Below are positions 25,795 through 38,926 of a DNA stretch of 64,000 nucleotides, piece after piece; the stretch's first letter is position 1; each line of letters opens with the position of its first letter. The notes under the pieces are model-generated. The model ran no database searches and was not told where the DNA came from. It saw only the letters and a program-made list of their open reading frames with translations. The stretch covers positions 2,356,001-2,420,000 of the forward strand of contig OZ374564.1 in the NCBI GenBank assembly GCA_977862235.1, written 5' to 3'. Position numbers and translations under genes: made by a program. The stretch is from Dudresnaya verticillata (taxonomy: Eukaryota).

Positions 25795-26335
25795 ATGACG
25801 GGGACTGTGCACGCGTTGACAGGGTCGGACCCAGAGCAGGTTCGGCTAATGTCAGAGAAGGTCGTCCTCGCTTATTTACAGGACAAAGTTGTTGGTAGCA
25901 TGTCGAAGAAGGAGTCCCACGTGATGTCAAACAACCTGCCGCTGCATCGTGCGTTCTCTGCGTTTTTGTTCGATACCAAGGGACGCATGCTTCTCCAACA
26001 ACGTGCAGCGCAGAAAATCACCTTCTGTCTTTCTGGACGAAAACCGTATGATCCCATGCACTCCACAAGCCTGCTGAGCTCGGTCAGCAGGACAGTGGAG
26101 ATGCGCTTGCAGGGGTCAAGCGTGCTGCCATTCGGAAGCTGTCTCATGCGCTCGGTGTCAAAGAGGGAGAGTTCGGTATGGACGACCTGCACTGCATGAC
26201 TCGCATTCATTACCGTGTTGAAAATGACGGAGGGGTGTGGGGTGAGCATGAGATTGATTACGTGTTCATGGCCGTGAAGGACGTAGCGCTATACTGCTAT
26301 AGCTCCTGAACCAAATGAAGTCCGAGCAGTACGTA
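25795..26335 (+). pseudogene. IDI: Isopentenyl-diphosphate isomerase type 1 (Nudix) fragment
   Basis: LHRAFSAFLFD..GRMLLQQRA..KITF, then a frameshift to FWTKTV*SH (canonical WTNTCCSH), GVKRAAIRKL, TRIHYR, WGEHEIDYVF, PNEV. Confidence 0.92.
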
Positions 26336-27965
26336 TCTTCGTGCTTAGAATTCTTAGAATGCATTGTCTCGGGTAGGTGAAGATAGATGTATGCAGTACG
26401 GGAGCGTTGGGTACTTTGTAGTTGAAAGACAGAGGTGGGGCGAGATGCGATGTAGGTGTGGGGCAGGACGACTTCCAGCAACATGCAGGTCTTGTGGACC
26501 GAACAAGATTACCACCACTGAGGGCTGCCTTTGCCCTGGGCTCAGCTGTCGGCCTCCAGAGCGATTCACACGCTGCCCTCCAGGCTTCACATACATTCAA
26601 CTTACCTACAGCCAAAAAAAGTTGTTTTGGCCAAGCTTGATACATCGGGACCCTCTTGTATATGCATACCGACGCCGAGAAATTGCACTGGCTTGTCAGC
26701 AACGCAAGTGCAACCTAATGAAGGATAGAATCTAGGCTTGCTCTGCACAGCAGGACTACTCGCTTCCACGTTGGTCAACAGCTTTGAACAACGCGTTTGC
26801 TGTCACTAGTATCGTAGCAGTGGTGCTTTCTCCGCGGCGCTACTGGAAATCCGCCTCATTAATAGAGCGCAGATGTGGAAATCATAATTCTTTCGTTACA
26901 AAGTGGACGAAGGTGGGTGGTGGTGAGTGGTTTCGATGATACCAGCAGCATTGGGGGCTACATGCAAAGGGGGAGGGGCCTGATCATACATAATAGAGCC
27001 CCCGCCTGTGATACCGCCCCAAATAGTCGGGTAGTCAGGAAGCAATCATAACAGTATGAAGATATTCATTTGAGCTGCCGTCTCGGCGTATAACAAGCAC
27101 TGGAGCCAGTATTGGGGCCTTTTTTCCCGTCACAGGAAGTCCAAACGGCTGAGAGCTTGGAACGGGGGCGATGTTGGGGTCTGAAAAGGAAATGACTACT
27201 TTTATTGTTGCAGAAGAAGAGTAGTCGAATGCAATGACTAACAACAAACAGCAAGAATGCTCAACAGAAATTATGGAAACGAAGGAAGGACTTGAAGTCG
27301 AGAAAGATGAAGGGTGGGTTGGCGGGAGAACGAAGGAAAGAACTTAGGGGAGACGGAGGGGTTGTCTAAGCTGGACTGTAGTGCTTATATCCCCCCCAGA
27401 ACCTCTAAATTTGGTAACTCCATATAGTTCAGCCCCAAACAGTGAAGTGCCAAATATAGTGCTAAAAGTTGCAAAGACCCGTAGAAATCCCTTTCGGGTA
27501 GATGTTGTATCGGGTTGTTGCTGCTTCAGGACGCTCAGCAGGGCCCGCTATCCCCACTAAGGTCTTTTCACCAGTGTAGACGCATCGAGACACAAACTGA
27601 AAAACTAAGAATCTTTTGCCGCCGGTAACTACCGCAGGTAACTTTTTCCAATCCGTAGCTGTCCAAGCACCGCCACCAAGTATCTCGCTAGAAGCGTTTA
27701 GGGACGGAAGTTCATAGTGCGAGACGATTGGGCTCCAGCATATGCAGTAGGAGTGACATTCTGACTGAATTCATATTCAAATGCAGCACTTGCGGCGCAG
27801 CAAACTGCTCAAATCGCACAGGAGTTATTGTGCGTTTCTTTCGTAGACAACCAATCGCGAATAAGCTCTCGATGTAGCTATATCGTCAGCGCCAAGCCCC
27901 GACCAGCCCCGACCTCAATGATCGCCATTCGCCCATATCAAAGTAGTTCTAATGGTCATAACCTC

Positions 27966-28040
27966 TGCTTCATCTCCATCCGTGTGTGTGTGTGTTTTTT
28001 TGCTTCATCTCCATCCGTTTGTGTGTTTGTGTGTGGGTGT
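27966..28040 (+). repeat. Short tandem duplication with TG microsatellite
   Basis: TGCTTCATCTCCATCCGT occurs twice, each followed by a (TG)n tract. Confidence 0.8.
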
Positions 28041-30931
28041 GCACAGCTATTGAGAGCTCAAAAAAGGGGTTATCATCTGCTGAAGCCGGCGTAGATGCAG
28101 AGCGATTTGCATTCTTTTTCGCTGTAGTGCTTCTCTCCTCGCTTAGCAGATCCCCTTGTATCAAGGATGAGGGAAGGAGGACGCTCAAACATCTGCGAAA
28201 GCTTTCTCAGATGTAAGTCGTACAATAGCCTGGTGAGAACCACTGCCTTTCCAATTGCTTCACATCCACACCTTCTACCTGATCATTTGTTTATCACTTT
28301 ATCTTTTGTAGTTCGGGAGTCTACCAAGATAAGTCACCGGTAATCCTAGAGACCACCCACCATAAGCCCACTCTGAGCAAAAATATTCTTCAAAGCATAC
28401 GGACTAAACATATGAAGTAAATAGTCGACGGAGAAAAAGTAGTACCACGTACGTAGCGTTTTTATGGAAGAGCAGCTTGCGAACGTTTTTATGATTGCAC
28501 GGGAATAAATTGAGTGTCATCACCTCAAGAACCAGCTAAACCATGAACAAGTGAGAGATCGAGAATCTTTTCAGAGTGTCTGCGACCTGCTCGAGGCGAT
28601 GGTAGTATAGTGCCTTTGGAGACTGGCGGCATAGACATTCCGGCGACTGACAGCTAAGCCTGGTATGATGAGCAATGATTCCGTAACGCATCCATCATAG
28701 TACTTCAGGTAATGTTCCAATTCGTTCAGTCCTGCTAGCAATGCGGAGTCATGAACAGCTGAAGCTTTAACGCAAAGCTTAAAGTTCGCTAGTGCTCTAA
28801 ACCTTCCCTCTAAGCCGATTATACAAAACAAGCCTCCTGGTTCCGTACCCCAAGCCATCGTCGAAGTAATGCTTTGACTCGAGATCCCGTCTCTCACTGC
28901 TGGGGATTGGCGGGTTCCAGGGCAACATGAGGCTTCGAAACAGTTGAAAGAGATTGTCAACTTTGATACATGTAAACTGCAGTTTGTGGTACTGAATATC
29001 CGTGAGAATAACACATAGACACATTGTCCGGCCGTCCTAGAGGCCCTCCTAGTGGTATTTTTGAGAACTGAGCAGATCCGATCCTATGTCGTATTCGAAA
29101 ATATAACTTTTCGGAACGAGTGGAAGTGGGCCTCATGATGTACGTGATATATCAAGCAAGGAGAATGAGGCATTTCTCAGCACATTATTGCACACTATTA
29201 ACATAAGATATCAGGCATCACGCTGCTCAACAAAAAGATGTTCAACATATTAACATATTTCAAACTTTTGTACTGGAGATAGTGGGCTTCTGGGCGTTCG
29301 ATGGGGAGATTGAAAGAAGAAGGTCGTATTAGTTCTGCTGGAGCAGCAGTGCATAGCTTTAGGAAGAAATTAAGAATGCTCAAATATTATTTTCTATCCT
29401 CCTTAGAGAGAGAGCGCTCTACGACCCGTCCTCTCATACCATATACTCCTAAAATGTACATCTCAGAACACTAACGAGGTGAGGACAATACACAATAGTG
29501 GTCAAATGTTTCTGGGGTGCACAACGAACACGCGCCGCTGTGCAGCTCTTCGCGGTGATCCAACACCCATGCCTTCGACGCGGATGTGGTTCATTTTTCT
29601 CGATCGTTTACGCAAACGAACACAGTTTACTAAATACAGTGAGCAAAAGGAGATTTGAAGTAAACGCATAGCAATTATAGAAATCATAGCACACGATTAA
29701 AGATACTAATGGTCACTACTCAGTGTGTACTGATTCCGCGACCCTCAATAAAGTCTACAGCTTCTGGTAGAGTGGTATTTCCATCTGGAACAGGCATGCA
29801 GTGGATGGAGATGCGATCAATAATTGGTTGACTATTTTTCTGTGCAACAGTAGCACTTCGGAAGCTTTCTTGGTCTTTGAGAGAGCGAGCCATGTGAAGT
29901 GGATCAGGCGGTAAGAAGTTGTGAATGGCTGCGGGACGAAGAGAGTTTCGTCATGGGAGGACTACTCAGATATGGAACTGACGTACAAGTGAGGTATAAT
30001 ATAAGAAGGAAGAAGGGAAAGTTTACAGAAGGTCAGGAGGGGCTGTACCTGCAATACAAACCAAGCTTCTTACTCTTGAAAGAAAATACGTCCTTCTGGG
30101 GGACGACGTTCGTACCGGCATCTCCTGTCGCAGCTACTATCTTTCTCCTTCCTTGTGCCAAGGTGAGAGACGTTTTCGTCCAGGAGAGGTTCAGAAAAGT
30201 TGTTCAGTCTGGCACGGATGGAGCAATAGAGCATTGAACCACACCCTAACATCTGAGCAGCAGGTTATTACTGACATCTTTGCTTGCTCAAGCCATCTGG
30301 AAGCTGAAGAATAAGTAAGTATTGAGAACTAGTCAGGCTTCTGAGAGTATAATAAAGAGAGAGTTAAGAGTATCTGCATTTTATGTAGCTGAGTGTGAGC
30401 TCAGCTGAGCACTTTAGAGTGAGGCGGTATTCGTGCTGAGAGAAATAGAATGGTTGTGGGATCTAAGTCCTGCGAGGAACAACTTTATGTATGAGGTACT
30501 GAATGTCGCCTGACCACATGATGAGGGTAGCAGGCTACTCGGACTATCGCAGGATGCATGCGAATGTCTTCAGTATTAACAAAAGAAGAGTGAGGCGTGT
30601 GGTACTTCCTTTGTACGCAGCATGAAGTGGCCGAAACGTTTATACGTCTTCAACCGGAAACATCAATTTGCGGTGTTTGCTTCAATTTAGCTTGAGGACC
30701 ATATCATCTCGGACTCAATTAGAGGTTTATCAAACACACGAATCTCCTCATCACCGCAGCTGTGGAGTATCTTCTTCTGACATGCCACCCACGCCGACGC
30801 CAGAAGCCCACTATGAAAGTCGCGTCTATCTGCTGCCTTGCTGCCGAGAACACGATGATCGTCGCCTCCACCGTGGCCTTTGTTGCGCCGCATATTGCCC
30901 TGTTATCCCGCGTAACCCGCGCTTGTTGTCC

Positions 30932-31002
30932 TTGCGTCGACCATGCGGGTTGCGATTAACGCGTCCGACCTGCCACCCCCATCCCTTCTGTTTCCCATTC
31001 GC
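30932..31002 (+). repeat. ~71-bp direct repeat, copy 1
   Basis: GTTGCGATTAACGCGTCCGACCTGCCAC..., matches 35738-35808. Confidence 0.8.
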
Positions 31003-32173
31003 ACAGCTTACGACAACTCTTGAAAAGCACCCAACTGCAACACAGACTGTCACAACACCGACAGTAGCACAGAAATGAAACAGAAACAGCCCCTAGTCCC
31101 GCGCTTGTAATAAACGTTAGGCAAGCTGTAGTAGAGAAGTCCGAAATGCACCCCCGGATCACGCAGTCAGCTTTGCTCGCGATGCGAAGACTTCGAGCCT
31201 GTAAGGTACAGCATTTTAGTTATGTATTGTGTAGCACTGCAGTGAACGTGAGTGATGCAAGCGCTCGAGGTCTCCTGGTCTACAAGTCAGAACTCAGGTG
31301 CCCCAGGGTATTGTTGGACAATAATAGAGCTCTCCCATTCGCTGCTGATTCTGAGACTCCCACCCGGAAGTGCGGGTGGTGCAGGGATCCCGAGTCACTC
31401 ATCACTGTGATTCCATTTCAACGGTATGGAACCTGGCACTCAGATGATGCTTTAGCTATAGCTATGTATTACAATACACCGGTAATACTAGTACAAGGTC
31501 CGAATCGTGGTGAACCGTGCACGGTGCACAGGGACAGCGCATAATATCACCAGTCGTTCTGATTCCACTTCACAGGCAGAATACTTGCCACAAATCGGTG
31601 ACCGACTGCCTGCAGCCCACATATGTTCCGAAAGCATACCGGGGGACCAGACAATATTGTAATTAGGTGACGAAGAAACGCCTCCTTTCACTCAAAGGAG
31701 TGGGTCAGATGACTAACGATAGGTAGACCGTTGCTCACTCACTGGTGATTCCGTTTCGCATATGCACACAGAACAGCATAGGAGGTTATCTGGCGAGGTT
31801 TCAGCACGTGACACCACTCCAGCGACCACTGCGTTCTCTTCCCGATATTCTTGTTCCACCGTGCTGCGCTGACAGCCGCCAAAATCCGCTTGACCTCCCA
31901 CCCTTTCTTTCCTCACGATTGTGCGACGCGTACTCAAAAGCGCTATTGACGGCACTGATCCGAGCGAGACGAGGCCCTTATTGCTATCGTGGTACAAAAT
32001 GCCTCGCACAAGAGAACGTCGCACTGGTTTGAGTCAAAGGCCGGTCACTGCCGACGGACATGTACTCACCGTGACGGGAGGGAACGATTCTCCGGCCAAG
32101 ACAATCGGTAAGGCAACGGCGGAGACGGCCGCGGAAGAACCCATTTGGAAACAGGGGCGGAACCGCGCCCGCA

Positions 32174-33055
32174 GTGACCAGCCCTGACACGCAAAGCATG
32201 TCAGCGTCGAAGAAAGTAGTGCTGTTGCTAGACGGAGAGGAGGTGGGTACGGCTGATCCAATGACTCCGGCGTCTCCGGAAGAGGCAGATAGCACAAGTG
32301 CATTCAAAGTTAAGATGCATGGAACGTGGTTAAGAGACGTGCAGCGGAAGAAGGAGACATGGATAGTCATCTATCAAGTCCGTATTCGGAATGGACACGG
32401 GGACAAAAGGTACATGTATAAGTATCCTGGTATAGAGTCTCCACCCACCACTCTATCTGGTCTAAATGTGGGTATTCATGTATGGGACAGGGAGCAAGTC
32501 CGCACTGTGAAGCCGCGACCTACAGGCGGTACTGGAGAAGCGGGCGTGGCGACCGGGGAAGCTTGCCCTCGAATAGTACTGGGACGACCGAGTAGGAGGC
32601 ACACTGTTCGTGCCAGGACGTCAACTAAACGGTCAGGGCGTAGGGGGGCTCGGGGACTTGCTCGTAAGCGGACAGTGACGAAAAAAACACCCGTACCGGT
32701 CAGTCTGATCCCAGCGCTCAGCCACACCAAGAAGGTAATGACCGCACTACTACACCGCCAGCAACACCACGTATTCCGTCTACACCCCGGCCGCAATGCA
32801 GGTGAGCCTTCTACACCCCCTGCTGTTGCAGTTGCTCAGACCGCGTTGGTTTATACCCCGGAGCGTCCCGCCCGTATGTGCCGGCGACCGTACCAATTAG
32901 AGGGAAAAGAAAACACGGAAGCTGGGTTATCGAAACTGGGAAGTAATGACGCGGCTCCAAAACCAGCCGAAGCTGAACGGGAGAAAGGAGATTCCGGGAA
33001 CGGCGCACAAGAAGACAATGCTCCCGTGGACACTACAGCAGAAGGATTTGCGTGA
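32174..33055 (+). pseudogene. N-terminal part of the transposase ORF (possible Tnp1/En/Spm-like accessory domain plus low-complexity linker)
   Basis: Same frame as 33164-34777, separated by two TGA codons. Pattern VGTA..MHG.WL..V.I..YP....TL...G..VW resembles transposon accessory domains. Confidence 0.45.
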
Positions 33056-33163
33056 GGTCGTGATTACGCTTCTGAAGAAGAGCATACTGACGTCGGGACT
33101 GCAGGCGATGGGGAGGATGCTGATTCCGACACGCCGGAATGACACCCCTCCGACGGGGAGGAG

Positions 33164-35360
33164 ATGGCACTAGACGGGCGTGGAGACGGCCAGGCTAGTG
33201 CTAGGACGAGCCGGAAGACGAATTATAGACATGATGCTCGTCCGAAAGGAACCCCATCGGGGCATTTGATGGCTGCGAAGAGGAGAAAGGTAGTGGAGGT
33301 GATGGAGATGCAGGATATCTTAAACATTTTCTGCTGCCAAACAAAACAATGCTTCGGAACCATCGAGTCAGTCTACATCAGGGTTGAGTCACGCAAAATG
33401 ATGGACAAGAATCGCACGGAAAGGAAGCGATACCTCACGGGACTACTGGAACCCAACTCCAACATGTACTTCTTCAGCGGGCGGCCGGTTTGTTACTCAT
33501 TTCTGGACAAGGCTTTCGGTTTCTCTAGATACCTGCAGTCGGCAGTGAAAGGAACGAACAAGAGCCGCGAAAGGAAAGGGAGGGGACTGATAGTTGGTGG
33601 TACTTCTACGGAACAGATGGAGGTGATAACGTCGTTCTTGGAGCGCCTCGCAGAAGTGTCTGGTGATTCGCAACCAGACAAGGCTGAAATCCACCTCCCC
33701 TTCTATGAGAAGCTCGCAGTCTGTAACACGTTTGTGACTGAGCACCGTACTCTGTACCCTAACAGAGCAACACCATCACAGAGCTACTTTTATAGTATCT
33801 GGCTCCGCAGCTGTCCGCAGATTAAGATCAGGAGAACTCACCGGTTTGCAAAATGCTCCGAGTGCGAGGAGATCAAAGATCTTCTTGCAAAAGCGGCAAC
33901 GGATCTAGCGGGAACCGAAGCGCTTCGCGAGCGGCGGGCAAGGCACGTGATAATGGTCATGCAGGAGCGAACAGAATATCGCAAGAAGTGTGAGATGTCT
34001 TCGATGTATCCGAAGAACTACTGTTCACTCATCATCGACGGTGCTGACCAGTCCGCATTTGGACTGCCACACTTCCACATCAAGGTGAAGGACACACGCG
34101 GACATGGAATGAAGGCCAAAGTAGTCGGCGTTTTAGAGCATGGCCAAGTCCCACATCTAAACCTTTTCACGATGACTGCTGAGTTCGAAACAGGCGGAAA
34201 TCATATCATCGAAGCTCTGCATCGCGTATTGATGGCACGCAGAGACAGGATGCCACTGAAGGGTACGTTGTTCCTCCAGGTCGACAACTGTACTAGGGAG
34301 AATAAGAACAGGTTTATGTTCGGCTACTTGGCGTATCTCGTTGCTATGGGTGTATTTCCGGAAGTGCATGCGTCGTTTCTCCCCATCGGTCACACGCATG
34401 CCGATATCGATCAAGTTTTCAGCTGCACTTCGAAGAGATTACGCGTTAGAGACGCCATTATCATGCACGAACTACGGCAATCATGTACTCCTCAACCACG
34501 TGTCACGGAGATGTTGCACATTATTAATTTCTCCGGGGTATGCAAAGAGGCCGGATGCCTCGGGCGTACCGAGCCCATTTCAGAATATCGGTACTTTAGG
34601 TTCAGTGCGGAAGGAGCTAAGAACACAGACGCCGGTACGTTCAAGACTCTCTGCGAAGTGAAGAGGGGCTGCAAAGACTCTTGGAAACCTTTACATACGC
34701 GAGATGGCCAAGGGCATTCTTGTTATTTCCCCCTACCTGCACCGGATTCCACCGACTCCCTGTCGAGCACCGCCTGATGAGCACGAAGTAACCAAGCGTC
34801 TACGATCGGCCGAGAGCAGAATCAACAATCACAGTAAGGTACAGAAGCTGTTGGCACTTCGTGATACAGTTTACGAGGACCGTGAAGACCCATTCCACTG
34901 GGCATTGGCGGATGTGTTTGAGTTGGAAGGGGCTTACAAACCGGATGGGAGCGGCCCTAGCGCACCCTCGGAATCGGGGTCAGACGCTGAGAATGTAGTG
35001 GAACAGGACCTCGTGGAACAGGACCTCACTTACACAAAGAACAGCTTTGTAGCCGTACTAGGCGACGACTGTACCGAAGGATGCCCGTTCTGGCTTGGGC
35101 AAGTGATGAATTGGGAGACGGACGGGGGGGCAAGGTTACCAATTTGCAAGTAGAGTGGTACGACAGAAGGAGTACTCGAGGGAATACTTTCACCGGGCGT
35201 TATCGGAAGGCGCGAATAACCGATGCAAATGGACATGTCAAACCGTGGAGCGATACGGTCCCGGGGAAGTCGGTTTTAGTAGAGTTCGCGCGTTTAACCA
35301 ACTCTGGAATACCCGTCACGGTGCAGCGAAATATCAGGGAAGCCCTAAAGATGCGAAAGA
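33164..35360 (+). pseudogene. Sola-like DDD transposase, frameshifted near 34720 and 35125
   Basis: Cys clusters (CC..QC, CSEC); catalytic-type motifs IIDGADQ, LQVDNCTRENKN, SFLPIGHTHADIDQVFS; C-terminal FVAV...PFWLGQV...LQVEWY domain in the shifted frames. Confidence 0.8.
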
Positions 35361-35737
35361 GAGGCGACGATCCGGAAATTAGTACTCCTGGAGGCGGGGG
35401 AACCAGGAGCAAATGGCATGGAAAGAAAATAGCTTGGGGTGAGAGGGAGGCGAAGCGGAAACAAAGTTGTGTCGATAGTGGCAAAATGGGGTCAAGATCC
35501 TGGGCGAGAATTGGGAAAGGGTTAGAGTATATGCATGTTATGCCACGGAACAGAGCGTGTACGCTAGCCTCATGAGACAGCTGCGTCTTGAGGCAGCATC
35601 TTTGCTGGCTAAACCGGATTTCTTGTACAATCACAGTCGTGGTATAAACAAATTTAATGCCTGCAGTATGCCAACGAAGTGAGCAAAACAGAACCACTGG
35701 TATCTCTTCTGGACGGGTACAGTATGCAATTTCGGCT

Positions 35738-35808
35738 TTGCATCCACCACACGCGTTGTGATTAACGCGTCCGACCTGCCACACTTATCCATTCCGTTTC
35801 CCTTTCGC
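35738..35808 (+). repeat. ~71-bp direct repeat, copy 2
   Basis: GTTGTGATTAACGCGTCCGACCTGCCAC..., matches 30932-31002. Confidence 0.8.
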
Positions 35809-36184
35809 GAACCAAGCTTCGTACCATGCATACTGTACACACCCTGGGTGCTATCACGCCGGATGCACCCACGTGGAAGGATGGCTCTGCCCAATACGCC
35901 AAGAGCTGCCGGCATGGAGTTTCACACGGTCTTTGAGAACCGCGCTCGCGCCATTGTTGTTGCTAGTCCGCAGGCACAGAATCCGACACTAATGTTCGCA
36001 GGAGAGGAGGAGGGCTACATGACTTGTGAGCCTGTCCGCGTGGGCGATACTCAAGACTCTCTCACGACGAGCTCGCACACCCTGCATATACTCACAGGAG
36101 CGGATCAAGGCGAGTTTTATCGAGCATCGAAACGCGCTTGAGAAGCTTGATGCTATTATTGGTAATGCCATGAATCACTGGTAG

Positions 36185-36607
36185 GCTTCTTCACAGCCGA
36201 GTGTGGGCGGCGCAAGAAAGACATGAAATGCGCCACCAAGAAGTGCTGGAACAAGAACTATGTTTTCAACACGAAAGCGTCGATGGCCAAATGATTCCCG
36301 AAGGCAGATTGCGAAGATTCCGACGCCAATGAGCTGTGTGCTTCCGGAAATTGCTGGGCTGGCAAGTGCACAGACGGGTCTTATGACTCACTCACGGGGC
36401 TGTTTCACAGCAGATTGCGGGCGGTGCAAGAAGGACACGGAATGTGCCACTAAGAAGTGCGGGAGCAAGAAATGCGTGTTCAACACGAAGAAGTCGATGG
36501 AGGAGTGCTTTCTAAGGCCGGATTGCGAAGACTGCGACGCTAATGAGCACTGTGCTTCCGGCAAGTGCTGGACCGGCAAGTGCAGAAGAGTGATCCAGAA
36601 GGTGTAG
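36185..36607 (+). pseudogene. Cys-rich tandem-repeat protein fragment (two ~214-bp units)
   Basis: FTA(E/D)CGRxKKDxxCATKKC..K..VFNTKxSM...DCEDxDANExCASGxCWxGKC occurs twice; the first unit has a stop and a frameshift. Confidence 0.7.
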
Positions 36608-37305
36608 ACAAACAAATTACTGCTCTTCACAGCGACAACAGGACCTACGGAACTATACTGCGCAGCAGTGTCCAGCACTGATCCTGTTTGGACATGCAAT
36701 AGGATTGCGTGCTCCAGCATATTTCATTTGTGCTCTGAAGGCACCAAACGCGCGTCTACGTCATCGAATTTGAGCTAGTGTTCACGTGCCATTGTCAAAC
36801 GCACCGGAAGATCATAAAAATGCCTCCCTGAAGTGTATCTGCCGCGACTTTGGAAACCACAATTTGTTCCGATAATGACAGGTGCCGCATTTCGCTCCTT
36901 GCAAGCAAGCCGTGCACCTTGTGGCCGCCAGCAAGCACGACGTAAGCAAAAACACTCGTGCCCTTCTAACAGCGACTTACCTGGGACCTCGTAGAAGACG
37001 CCGTCAAACAGATGCGCCAACCCTTCCTCCCGTGCCCATACATCAGTGTCAGTATGGCTGAAGTGTATTCTCTGTTCACAAGTTAGCTGTCGATCGGGGG
37101 TAATCTTCCATGATTCAGCCATCTACCGCATCTCCTCTGCCAAGAGGTTTCATTTCGGTCTTCCGTAAGCATACTGAGATCACCATTTTCTCAGGTCTTC
37201 TCATCACAAGCATACTGCGGTACGTAGCAAGAAGCAGCGGTAAGGGCCGGAGAGGTCGGTGGGACCTAAAGATGAACAAAACTGGTCCCATTCACGCTGG
37301 TTGAG

Positions 37306-38520
37306 CTATGTCATTGTGTACTTGGGTCCGCCACCGCCCTGCGGCACGGTCCAAGTGATATTCTGAGAAGGGTCCTTAATGTAGCAAGCCTTACAGTGCA
37401 AGCAATTCTGCGAATTGATCTGCAGGGTGCGATTCCTGCCATCCTTCTCGACATATTCGTAGACTCTGGCAGGGCAGTAGCGACCTTCGGGTCCTCCAAA
37501 TTGTGGAAAGTTAAGATTCTCTGGGACGCTTTCGTCGGTCAATACGAGATGACACGGCTCGTCATGATCATGATCTGTTCCACTGAGCGATACCGCCGTT
37601 AGGATATCAAAGGTAACTTTCCCGTCTGGCTTCGGATAGTCAATTAGCTTTGATTTTGAAGCCCGTTTTGTCGAAAGATGGTCTGGCTCCGGATGAGATA
37701 GCGTCCATGGTGAAGATTCTCGTGTGAGATAGGATTCTAAGGCAGCATTTGCCAGACCTGGTATCAAGCCATACTTGAAGCCTGGTCGAATGTTCCTGAC
37801 CTTTTTAAGCTCATCCCAAACCCATGAACCTTTCAGCTGCTCCTCGTACCCCTCGGCAGAATCCTTTCCACTAGTCAGATTCTCGAATACCGCATCTGCC
37901 GCCAGCATTGCGCTTTTTTGTGCAGTATGTGTACCCTTTATCTTTGGGACGTTCAGGAAGCCAGCAGAACATCCAATGAGGGCCCCACCCGGAAACTCCA
38001 GTTCTGGAATGGATTGAAGCCCACCTTCATTAAGAGTACGGGCGCCGTACTGTAGCATCTCTCCACCTTCAAGCAATGTTCGAATGGACGGGTGGCTCTT
38101 GTACCGCTGAAACCCCTGAAATGGGGATAGGCGTGGGTTGTGATAGTCAAGCGCCACCACAAAGCCAATAGCCACTTGCTCGTCTGCCATATGATACAAA
38201 AACGAACCGCCATAAGTCGCAAAGTCCATTGGATATCCAATAGTGTGAACGATCTTACCCGGCTCGTGTTTAGCCGGATCCACTCTCCAGACTTCCTTCA
38301 CGCCTAGCGCATACGTCTGATGCTGGCGACCTTCCGTGAGTCCATAGCGCTCCGTCGCTTGCTTCGTGAGCGATCGGCGCGCGCCTTCCGCCAACAGCGC
38401 GACCTTACGAACCACGTCAACCCCGGCTCGAAAGTATCTTTGTGAGTGCCATCCTTGGCAACTCCAAAGTCATTTGCGGCGACACCACGCACTTGCCCAT
38501 CATCGCCGATAAAGACGCTT
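37306..38520 (-). pseudogene. ETFQO: ETF-ubiquinone oxidoreductase, lacking the N-terminal FAD-binding part, with a frameshift near 38420
   Basis: DFGVAKDG, AEGAR.SL, GVKEVW, YGARTLNEGG, KIKGTHTA.KS, 4Fe-4S motifs CPARVYE and NCLHCKACYIKDP, and terminal GGGPKY. Confidence 0.93.
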
Positions 38521-38926
38521 AATGCAGACGCAGTCTGGGTGGATGTGCTCGCAGTTGACAGCACGAAGGATAGGGATGCGGGCTGCGAAGGCTACTGCGG
38601 TGGCGCATACGTCAGCAAACACATCACAGTGCGCGACGGGGGCACGTTCGCGAGCGCTTCACAGTGCGGAGCATTTCCGCAGACGCGGGCTGGGTGAATG
38701 GGCTCGCAGTTGACAGCAGGATGGCAGGGACCGGTGGAGGTACTGTTCCGCGACACTGGTGTAGAGGAAGAGGGTTTGAAAAGAGAGGAGGTGGTACCAC
38801 CTGATGGTGGGAGAGGGCGGTGACCACGAGGAGGGTGCATGCGGTGAGGTTGCGGTGCGTGGAGACATGCTCCGCTGCAGGCGGGTGACCAGCAGCCGGA
38901 TAGATAATTCAGTGAGACTTCCGCCG

